A DNA stretch of 32,000 bases from Cysteiniphilum marinum (GTDB lineage Bacteria > Pseudomonadota > Gammaproteobacteria > Francisellales > Francisellaceae): the NCBI RefSeq assembly GCF_014857925.1, contig NZ_JACYVZ010000025.1, positions 5,984 to 37,983 of the forward strand, in the 5' to 3' direction. Under the pieces are notes generated by a model. The model had not been told where the DNA came from and did not search any database. It saw only the letters and a program-made list of their open reading frames with translations. The position numbers were made by a program, and so were the translations under genes. Shown one piece after another: positions 24,982 to 32,000 of the stretch. Every line of letters begins with the position of its first letter. Within the stretch, counting starts at the first letter, position 1.

Positions 24982-26460
24982 ATGTTGTTTAAGCAGATGC
25001 GGGAAAAGCAAAAAAAGCGAAACACGCCACGCACACTATATGTAGTGAGTTCTTTACTCTTGATCGGTATGTCATCGCTAATAATCCCTAATATGTCCTT
25101 AGCAAGTATGTCGAGTGATATGCAAAACTTCTTTAACAAATCAGGTTTTGCAGCCAATATCACCAGTGCTAAAGCGGTTATGGGTCAAGAGGCAGGTCAT
25201 TTAAGCGGTGGTTCTGGGTTTGTTAGGACTGGCAATAAGCATATTCAGTTGTTAAACGTACAAGCACCTAATCTTAAATTTGGTTGTGGCACGATTGACT
25301 GGGTGACGGGTGGACTTGGGTTTGTTTCAGGTAAAGAGTTGACTGAGATGGGTCAGGCAATTATGAAAAATGCAGTGCCCTATGCGATAGATTTGGCACT
25401 AACAACATGGGCACCAACGGTTAAATCAACCATGGCAGATTTAAGGAAGCTTGCTGCTGATCTTAATGCGATGAATGTCGGTTCATGTGCATTGGCTGAA
25501 AGTGCGGTTAATGGCATTAAAGGATGGTTTGAGTCTAAAAACTCAAAAGAGTTTGTCTGTAAAAGCTTCGGTACTACGGCTAATAAATTTAGCACATGGC
25601 TTGAGAGTGAGGACTTTTGTAAACGCCCCGATGTTGCTGTCCAAAAGAACGAGGAAGCAAAAAAAGATCCAAGCCTTGCCGATGTGGTTAAACAGAATCG
25701 CAATTTGGTATGGTACTTTTTAATGAAAGATGCGTTTTTGAAAAGCAATACCGAAGTGGCACAATATGTTATGAGCTTAACAGGGACATTGATCAATATT
25801 GCGGAAAATGACCAGATCAAGCTGAAAAAATTAGAGCCTTTAATCGTTGATGAAAAAAGCGCGGGCTTTGATTTGATGCTGCATGGGAAACCACAAGACG
25901 GCAAAAAACAAGAAGTTAAAATTTACAAGTGTGACGATTTAGCCCAAGAAGCGTGTAAAGCACCAACGATTCAAGACTTAGTTATTGCAGATACCGCAGC
26001 CTTAGTGCCAAAGTTGACAACGATGCTTCAATCAATGGGTGAAAAATTAGTGACTGATAAGAGCTTAACGCCTGCTGAACAAGGCATTGTTAATGCCGTT
26101 AATTTTCCTATCTTGCAGATTATCAAAACTGAGATTATGGCGGGTTGGACACCTGAGTATTATGCTTATGCTGAAATTTTAGCTCGCATTTTATTGTCTG
26201 AGTACATTAGTCAAATCATCAGTGTGGCACGTACCGCTTTACGTCAAAATGACTTGGGCGACGATAACGATCTGCAATGGTTAATGGATAACTTAAACAG
26301 AGCGCAACGCAATGTGATTTTACAAATCAATGACACTGCTTATAAAAACTTGCGTCAAAAATCCGATTTGGTTTTGCGTTCACTTCAAGTTGAAAATATT
26401 GTGATTGGGGATATGAGCGTATCAACACAAATGAATATGTTTTATGGGAAGACGTTATAG
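24982..26460 (+). CDS. traH: TraH.
   Basis: Strong blocks with F TraH: SDM..FFNK.GFA.N, GQ.AG..SGGS, CG.ID, DLAL.T..P, SC. RBS AGAGG. Confidence 0.95.
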   Translation: MLFKQMREKQKKRNTPRTLYVVSSLLLIGMSSLIIPNMSLASMSSDMQNFFNKSGFAANITSAKAVMGQEAGHLSGGSGFVRTGNKHIQLLNVQAPNLKFGCGTIDWVTGGLGFVSGKELTEMGQAIMKNAVPYAIDLALTTWAPTVKSTMADLRKLAADLNAMNVGSCALAESAVNGIKGWFESKNSKEFVCKSFGTTANKFSTWLESEDFCKRPDVAVQKNEEAKKDPSLADVVKQNRNLVWYFLMKDAFLKSNTEVAQYVMSLTGTLINIAENDQIKLKKLEPLIVDEKSAGFDLMLHGKPQDGKKQEVKIYKCDDLAQEACKAPTIQDLVIADTAALVPKLTTMLQSMGEKLVTDKSLTPAEQGIVNAVNFPILQIIKTEIMAGWTPEYYAYAEILARILLSEYISQIISVARTALRQNDLGDDNDLQWLMDNLNRAQRNVILQINDTAYKNLRQKSDLVLRSLQVENIVIGDMSVSTQMNMFYGKTL

Positions 26461-26487
26461 TGATTGTGTCCTATAGGTTATTCGCCC

Positions 26488-26530
26488 TTTAAATCTTAAA
26501 TTTTCACAATTTTAAATCTTTTTAAATCTT
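26488..26530. repeat. TTTAAATCTT in 3 copies (26488-26497, then tandem at 26511-26520 and 26521-26530) in the traH-traG spacer.
   Basis: Read directly from the sequence. Confidence 0.85.
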
Positions 26531-26548
26531 TAATTTTGGAGTGCATCG

Positions 26549-29500
26549 ATGGATGATATTATTTACGTCACCTCGCAAGGTGAGGTATTTCAAGCAGCAT
26601 TTAATGCGATTGCCGCTTACTTTAATTCAGAAGCGTCAAATACCTTAATATGGGCTACAGGCATGATTGGCATGTTTGCCGTTGTCTGTAAGTTTTTAAT
26701 GAAAAGCGATCTTAAAATGATTCTTTGGTGGGTCGGTTGTTATACTTTTATGTCATTGTTTTTGATAGAGGGGAAAACCGATGTTTTTATTTATGATACA
26801 ACTCGCCCAATGGGAAATATCGTTGCTGTCGATAATGTGCCTAACGGATTAGCCTTGCCCGCTTCGTGGGTGACTGGGGTATCTCGTTATGTCACTGAAA
26901 CGGTTACCGATATTATGCACGCCCCGAATGATAAAACCTACGAAAAAACAGGTATGGTATGGGGTGCTACGATCTTTCAGCAAATGAATGCGGCAAGAGT
27001 GAATACGGAATTGTTAGGCTATTGGTCGCGCTATCTTTACCAATGCGTATGGACGGATATAAAGGTGCGGAAAAAATACACCTTAGATGATTTAAGCAAA
27101 CAACCCGATATATTAGCCTTTTTGAAAAAACAAGAGGAGCCAAGACGCGGTGACGGTGGTTATTTACGTGTCCATATTCCTAACGCAAACCCGAATGAAG
27201 CAGGGGCTGAGGATTTTCCACGTTGCGGGGTGGCGTTTGATTGGTTAGAAAATCAATTCAAAAAAGATTCCTTGTTAAGTTTTGCTAACATTCATAAATT
27301 CAATGCAAATGCGATGACAGATACCGTGGCTAAGATGCAGCAAAGTGTTCAAGATGTGTATAGTCACTTCTTTAACATGTCGGCAAGCTCGCAAAATATC
27401 ATGATGCAAAACTTGGCAATTAATGCCATGCGTGATGGTTTTCAGAATATCGCTCAAAGTCGCAACCCTGCTGCTGCGTCTTTGAATTACGCGAAAACAC
27501 AAAGTGAAATGTCGCGGACTTCATCTTGGATTTCAGCAGGAGTGATGGCGCAAGAGTACGTTCCGATGATTCATACAATCTTAATGTTGATTGTGTGCTG
27601 TGCATTTATTCCAGTGGTTTATATGTGCTTTTTCCCTGGCTATTTCTTTAGGATTATCGGCAAATATATCGGTAGTTTTATTTGGTTAGGTACATGGCCG
27701 TTGTTTTTTGTATTCATTAACTTTGTGATGACAACCATTATGTCGGTTCATTTAAGCATGCAAGAGGGTGGCTTAGGTGGTTTAACCTTATCTACGATTG
27801 ACGGAGCCAGTGCATTAGCATGGCGATACACGGCATTAACAGGGTGGATGTTAATGTTTGTGCCGTATTTATCAAGAATGTTAGTGATGGGTGCGGGTTC
27901 GACGATGATGGGCGTTGCAACGAGCATGACCTCGCAATTGTCATCTGACGCTGAAAAGGGAGCTAGAGGATTAAGTGAGGGTAGTTTTGAGCTTGCTAAT
28001 ACAACCGTTGCACAGCATCAAATGAATAATGTTTCAGGTCATCAAACGCTTTTACAGCCGAATACAACTTACGGTGGCGCAAGAGAATCCTTGATGGCGG
28101 GCGGTTCAAGAATGCAAACACTTAATGGGGTGACGTATAATAATTCAGGGGTTGTTGATCAACAACCGTTTGAGTTAAGGAGTGGTCAAACGGTTTCTAC
28201 TGGGTTGTCGCAGACGCAATCGATGTATGAAAAAATGGCGCAGTCCGATGCAATGGCATTTAATGAATCCTATCAAGCGGGTATTTCAGATATTAGTCAA
28301 GCAGGCACTAACCAAGCCTTAAAAGATTATATATCATCAAGCAATAGCACCAGTAAGACAGGGCAGTTGGCACAGGCGTATGCAACAGTGGCTGATATTC
28401 ATAATCGATATAGTCAGGATCAGATTGCTAGTGGGGTTTCATCTCTCAACAGAGAGGTTGGAGCTGAGATAAAATACAATGGCGGTGTCATTGGAAAAGG
28501 TTTAAAAATGGTTGCTGGTCTTGATGGCAATGTTTACGCCAAGGGTAACCAATCATGGAGTGACAGTAAGACAAGTAATAACTCTGTCGGCATGACGGCT
28601 GATGATGCTAAATCCTACCGTGAAGCAATGGATACCATTAAAACAGTAACGCAATCAGATGCCGCAACTTTAGATAAAGCGATTGGCGTAGATCAAGGTA
28701 AGTCTTTGCAATCTAACTTTAATAAAGCTTTTGCTTATAGTGAGTCGGCACAAAGAAATAATGAATTAGCTAACCAAGCAGGCGAAGCGGCAAACTATGC
28801 TAAAAACAATGACTTTGGTTTTAGTCAAAACAAAATGCCAGACTTCAATAATTATATTCATTCTAACTATGCTGATCAGGCGGGCGCATGGCTCGGGGAT
28901 ATAAGCCGACAAAATGACCCGCAATTCAAGCAAGCACAAGCTGACTTTGTGCAAGCGAATAGTGATGTTTATTTAGATTGGTATCGAGAAAATGCAGCAA
29001 GCATTGATTCAAGAGCGCAAACTGAAATCAATAGCAATAATCAACGCTTTAATAACGGTAAAGATATTATCGATACCGAAAAAGAAGCGAATCATCGCCA
29101 AGTTGACAAAGAAAGCAGTATTAATCAAAGCAATCTTGAGTATGATATTCATCAAATACGAGGAGAAACAATGCAATCAACAATGAGTAATTATGAGCGG
29201 TTGAATCAGGCTACCTTAGCTGAAATGCGTAGATTAGGCTTAACAACTGATCAGCCACCAGTTATTGAACAGCCTAAGAATCCATTTGATCTTGAACGTC
29301 CTGATATGTCGGAGCTAAACAAAATCAATGAACAGGTACAGCAACACGGTGGTGAGGTATTAGCTGATCGAGATAATCGCGCAGATAATATAATCAAAAA
29401 AACGGGTGGAAATTTAAACCATCTGGAAAGAAATGACAGCGTTAAGTTGTTTAATCAAGAGGATTTAAACCAAAAGAATAAAGATGCAGCTATCGAAAAT

Positions 29501-29551
29501 TCACAATTAGGTAAAGACGCATGGAGAAATTTATTTGGTGATAAAAAATAA
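26549..29551 (+). CDS. traG: TraG (F-type; an N-terminal polytopic pilus-assembly domain plus a C-terminal mating-pair stabilisation / entry-exclusion target domain).
   Basis: 1000 aa. Multiple TM segments in the first 460 aa or so and a long polar C-terminal region. The size and position match F TraG (about 940 aa). Confidence 0.9.
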   Translation: MDDIIYVTSQGEVFQAAFNAIAAYFNSEASNTLIWATGMIGMFAVVCKFLMKSDLKMILWWVGCYTFMSLFLIEGKTDVFIYDTTRPMGNIVAVDNVPNGLALPASWVTGVSRYVTETVTDIMHAPNDKTYEKTGMVWGATIFQQMNAARVNTELLGYWSRYLYQCVWTDIKVRKKYTLDDLSKQPDILAFLKKQEEPRRGDGGYLRVHIPNANPNEAGAEDFPRCGVAFDWLENQFKKDSLLSFANIHKFNANAMTDTVAKMQQSVQDVYSHFFNMSASSQNIMMQNLAINAMRDGFQNIAQSRNPAAASLNYAKTQSEMSRTSSWISAGVMAQEYVPMIHTILMLIVCCAFIPVVYMCFFPGYFFRIIGKYIGSFIWLGTWPLFFVFINFVMTTIMSVHLSMQEGGLGGLTLSTIDGASALAWRYTALTGWMLMFVPYLSRMLVMGAGSTMMGVATSMTSQLSSDAEKGARGLSEGSFELANTTVAQHQMNNVSGHQTLLQPNTTYGGARESLMAGGSRMQTLNGVTYNNSGVVDQQPFELRSGQTVSTGLSQTQSMYEKMAQSDAMAFNESYQAGISDISQAGTNQALKDYISSSNSTSKTGQLAQAYATVADIHNRYSQDQIASGVSSLNREVGAEIKYNGGVIGKGLKMVAGLDGNVYAKGNQSWSDSKTSNNSVGMTADDAKSYREAMDTIKTVTQSDAATLDKAIGVDQGKSLQSNFNKAFAYSESAQRNNELANQAGEAANYAKNNDFGFSQNKMPDFNNYIHSNYADQAGAWLGDISRQNDPQFKQAQADFVQANSDVYLDWYRENAASIDSRAQTEINSNNQRFNNGKDIIDTEKEANHRQVDKESSINQSNLEYDIHQIRGETMQSTMSNYERLNQATLAEMRRLGLTTDQPPVIEQPKNPFDLERPDMSELNKINEQVQQHGGEVLADRDNRADNIIKKTGGNLNHLERNDSVKLFNQEDLNQKNKDAAIENSQLGKDAWRNLFGDKK

Positions 29552-29553
29552 AG

Positions 29554-29943
29554 TTACCATTTAAAATATTGTAAGGCTAGATTTTTAAATATAGGAACGC
29601 CTATTTTGAGAGTGGCATAAATATTTGCAAAAACGCCAGAGCATACACCTATAGTAAGGCTAATAAAAAACACTTTCATGTCCAAACTGTTTATAAAAAA
29701 CAAGTGTATGAAAGCAAATAAAATCATTACTACAGAGGTTGCATACGCAAATAATGCAACTTGGAAACTTTGCTTCTGCTCAGCAGTAATCTCTATCTTA
29801 TCCTCTTCTGCTTTAACCATCTTGACGGCAATTGGCTCGTTGGATTGTTTTTTTTCATCTTTGAAAATATCAATCATTTCTCTAGCCAAGTCAGGATTAC
29901 TTTCAGCGATTTTTAGCAGTCTTTCTTTTTGATTATCGTTCAT
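29554..29943 (-). CDS. Minus-strand membrane protein (129 aa) with a charged N-terminal domain followed by hydrophobic helices. It occupies the slot where F carries traS. It may be DUF2335-like.
   Basis: ORF track. Good RBS on the minus strand (TAATAAGGAAGTTAGCA then ATG). Hydrophobic segments FQVALFAYATSVVMILFAFIHLFFI and VFFISLTIGVCSGVFANIYA. The + strand ORF 29678..29932 is judged a shadow. Confidence 0.65.
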   Translation of the reverse strand: MNDNQKERLLKIAESNPDLAREMIDIFKDEKKQSNEPIAVKMVKAEEDKIEITAEQKQSFQVALFAYATSVVMILFAFIHLFFINSLDMKVFFISLTIGVCSGVFANIYATLKIGVPIFKNLALQYFKW

Positions 29944-30077
29944 TGCTAACTTCCTTATTACTTATCATTTTTGCTTTCAGCAACTTAGCATAAATAAAGG
30001 ATTCTGACAAGGAAAATCAAAACGTAACGCAAACCTTAAAATTAAATTCTCGACCCCAACTAAAAGGAAAAAAACAC

Positions 30078-30839
30078 ATGAAAAAATCACAACTCACCAA
30101 AGCAACCCTAAGCCTAACACTGGGAGCTACCTTGTTAAGTTTAAGTGGCTGTGCTGCGATAAGTACCAGTATTAAGCATCGCAATTTGGTCGTTAATTCT
30201 AAAATGTCCGACACTATTTTTCTTGACCCAGTAGCTGAAAGTGACAAAACCATTTACATTCAAGTAAGAAGTACACTTAGTGAGGATTTTAGCGGATTAA
30301 AAGAAAACTTAGCGCAAGACTTACAACGTAACGGTTGGCGTGTGGTGAATGACATTTCACAAGCAAGTGATATGGTGCAAATTAATGTGCTACAAATGGG
30401 GCAGGCTAAAAATGAAGCATCTGCTTGGAGTGCATTAAGTGGTGGTTTTGGTGCTGATATTGCCACAGGTGCCTTAGCAGGATTGGCAGCAGGATATGCG
30501 ACAGGTTCACTGGGAGCTGGTCTTGGCGTTGGTGCTGCTGTTTCTGGTGTATCGTGGATTGCTAACTCGTTAGTTGAAAATGTCTATTACAGCATGATCA
30601 CCGATGTTCAGGTATCGGTTAAAACCAAAGACGGACAAGTGACACAGACAACGCAATCGAATTTGTCACAAGGTACACAAAGTAACGTATCACAAACCTA
30701 TAACCAAAAATCAGACTGGTTAAGGTATCGCACAAGGATTGTTTCAGTTGCTAATCAGGTTAATTTGAAATTTGAAGAAGCCACGCCAGAGTTACAGGCA
30801 CAGATTGCGAAACAGGTTAGTGGGATTTTTGGGGTTTAG
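30078..30839 (+). CDS. traT: TraT surface-exclusion / complement-resistance outer-membrane lipoprotein.
   Basis: The lipobox LSGC plus blocks I..RNL.V...MS.TI.L.P, Y.MITDVQ, Y.TR.VS.AN.VNLKFEEA.P.L..Q.AK match remembered F TraT closely. Confidence 0.9.
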   Translation: MKKSQLTKATLSLTLGATLLSLSGCAAISTSIKHRNLVVNSKMSDTIFLDPVAESDKTIYIQVRSTLSEDFSGLKENLAQDLQRNGWRVVNDISQASDMVQINVLQMGQAKNEASAWSALSGGFGADIATGALAGLAAGYATGSLGAGLGVGAAVSGVSWIANSLVENVYYSMITDVQVSVKTKDGQVTQTTQSNLSQGTQSNVSQTYNQKSDWLRYRTRIVSVANQVNLKFEEATPELQAQIAKQVSGIFGV

Positions 30840-30887
30840 GGTTCGCTTTCAACAATATTTTTTTAACTAATATTAAGGGTTTTTAAT

Positions 30888-31310
30888 ATGATTATTTATC
30901 TTTTATCATCAGTCGTTGTCTTATTTTGTGCAATGTATTTGTGTTTTAATCCAAGTAAGACAACCGTTGAACACATAACCAATAGCACCAGTAGACGCAA
31001 AGCATTATTCGTTCATATTTTAGAACTCTGTTGTTCATTTTTAATGTATGGCGTTTTAATATATTTTACGACAATTGCTTTAATGTTATGTTCAACCTTG
31101 TTTTTAAAGGCATATTATATTTTTCTAGAGTTGAACTTAGCTAATTATGATTATGACGGTTTTATTGTCATTTCTGAACAGATTGCTTTAGTGATCACTT
31201 TGATTGTTCTTATTTTTAAGATCAGAACAATTGAATCCTTGGCAAATATAATGGCAAAGAAACGTGAAAAATCATTGTCACTTTTTGCTTTGTGTAAAAA
31301 GAACGGCTAA
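30888..31310 (+). CDS. Small polytopic membrane protein (140 aa). AT-rich.
   Basis: ORF track. About 4 hydrophobic segments. No family recognised. Confidence 0.55.
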   Translation: MIIYLLSSVVVLFCAMYLCFNPSKTTVEHITNSTSRRKALFVHILELCCSFLMYGVLIYFTTIALMLCSTLFLKAYYIFLELNLANYDYDGFIVISEQIALVITLIVLIFKIRTIESLANIMAKKREKSLSLFALCKKNG

Positions 31311-31362
31311 ATGCAAATCATCAAAAATTTAAAATAAGTAATCGAATTGTAAGGGAGTTATA

Positions 31363-31809
31363 ATGACAAATATATATCATATTTTATTGGGAATATCTGT
31401 TTTTGTTGTTTTTGGTCTGACCATAGCAGTGTATATTTTCTTATCATTGACAACACAACTGACCACTAAGGAACTCAATAGACTAGAAGCTAAAAACCGC
31501 CCTACATGGTTAGTGTGGTTTATGATTATTCCTTTTGTGTCGGTGGTCATACAATATTTTGCAATGATTAGACATATAGCAAAACCGATCAAAAAATATT
31601 GTGAAGTCAATACGCGTTTAGATTCAATTGTATTGCTGATATATGCTACTTTTGTTACGCATATTTTGGCTTTGATTCTTGCTGTATTGCCAGTAGAAGT
31701 TAAGCTTATTAATGAATTGGTTATTGCGCTATTGGCGTTTCAATTTATTGCTAATATTTTCTTAATCTTTAGGCTTAATAGAGGGTATAAGCTGCTTAAA
31801 ACAATGTAA
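31363..31809 (+). CDS. Small polytopic membrane protein (148 aa). AT-rich.
   Basis: ORF track. RBS AGGGAG. About 4 hydrophobic segments. No family recognised. Confidence 0.55.
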   Translation: MTNIYHILLGISVFVVFGLTIAVYIFLSLTTQLTTKELNRLEAKNRPTWLVWFMIIPFVSVVIQYFAMIRHIAKPIKKYCEVNTRLDSIVLLIYATFVTHILALILAVLPVEVKLINELVIALLAFQFIANIFLIFRLNRGYKLLKTM

Positions 31810-31856
31810 CTCAAGTAATAGCTGAATAAAGAAAATTAAGCTTAAACCTCAAAAAC

Positions 31857-31888
31857 CCTTGTCATCAAATGCGACAAGGTATATTTTC
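31857..31888 (+). terminator. Intrinsic terminator candidate: CCTTGTC-9 nt loop-GACAAGG, then TATATTTTC.
   Basis: Read directly from the sequence. 7-bp stem, 48 nt after the stop at 31809. Confidence 0.4.
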
Positions 31889-31917
31889 ATTATGTTAATT
31901 TTAAAGGAGTTACCACA

Positions 31918-32000
31918 TGACTAAGAAAACAGAAGTTAAAAATTATAATAAAGCGGAATTTGTGGCGTTAGTTGCAGAAAAAATGAACGCAACCAAGGAT
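31918..32000 (+). CDS. 5' end of an HU/IHF-family nucleoid-associated DNA-binding protein, truncated by the window edge.
   Basis: RBS AAGGAG. The N-terminus MTKKTEVKNYNKAEFVALVAEKMNATKD resembles the HU N-terminal helix (NK.E....VAEK...TK). Only 27 codons are visible. Confidence 0.45.

Noticed and set aside
8800-26535. A CRISPR array as an explanation for the many short repeats
   Set aside because: The repeat units are 9-12 nt and directly tandem, or 21 nt with a 3-nt gap. There are no unique spacers of about 30 nt, and no cas genes are present.
29678-29932. The + strand 84-aa ORF between traG and traT as a same-strand traS
   Set aside because: It is the mirror of the minus-strand ORF, which has the good RBS and a coherent membrane-protein sequence. 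The + strand version has no visible RBS, and its S/I/L-rich sequence looks like an antisense artefact. Without expression data this rejection is not absolute.
1-32000. Assigning a host genus (Moraxellaceae-like codon usage crossed my mind)
   Set aside because: Composition and codon impressions alone are not diagnostic. No rRNA, tRNA or housekeeping marker is present in the window.

Overview
This window looks like part of a conjugative plasmid or ICE from a low-GC Gram-negative host. I did not assign a host. All convincing genes but one are on the + strand. The core, about 10.2-30.8 kb, is an intact F-type (MPF-F) type IV secretion / mating-pair-formation operon in canonical F-plasmid order: traA(pilin)-traL-traE-traK-traB-traV-traC-trbI-traW-traU-trbC-traN-traF-trbB-traH-traG-[one minus-strand membrane gene]-traT. 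I recognised these by reading the translations against remembered F Tra proteins. Many genes are translationally coupled through ATGA or TAATG overlaps. No relaxase (traI), coupling protein (traD), traM/J/Y regulators or traQ/traX are visible in the window. Upstream there is a large acidic modular ORF of unknown function (146-2692). It is followed by an ORF-free, repeat- and hairpin-rich stretch of about 430 nt (3212-3644). After that come about 6.5 kb of co-oriented small genes with no family I can name: a three-gene overlapping cassette, a DUF669-like OB-fold protein, a visibly AT-richer envelope-protein module, and an outer-membrane beta-barrel plus lipoprotein pair. Downstream of traT lie two small polytopic membrane proteins and the start of an HU-like gene. 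The most unusual points are listed here. (1) A structured non-coding element at about 3420-3660 has interleaved perfect 13-bp and 14-bp pairings just upstream of a gene. (2) An imperfect 14-bp hairpin at 4303-4349 is followed by a G-rich motif. (3) The unannotatable accessory cassettes may form a leading-region-like module. (4) Short tandem repeats are pervasive at the 5' ends of tra genes and in their spacers. (5) The traS/entry-exclusion slot is rearranged. All functional calls outside the Tra proteins are inference and need database or structure searches.
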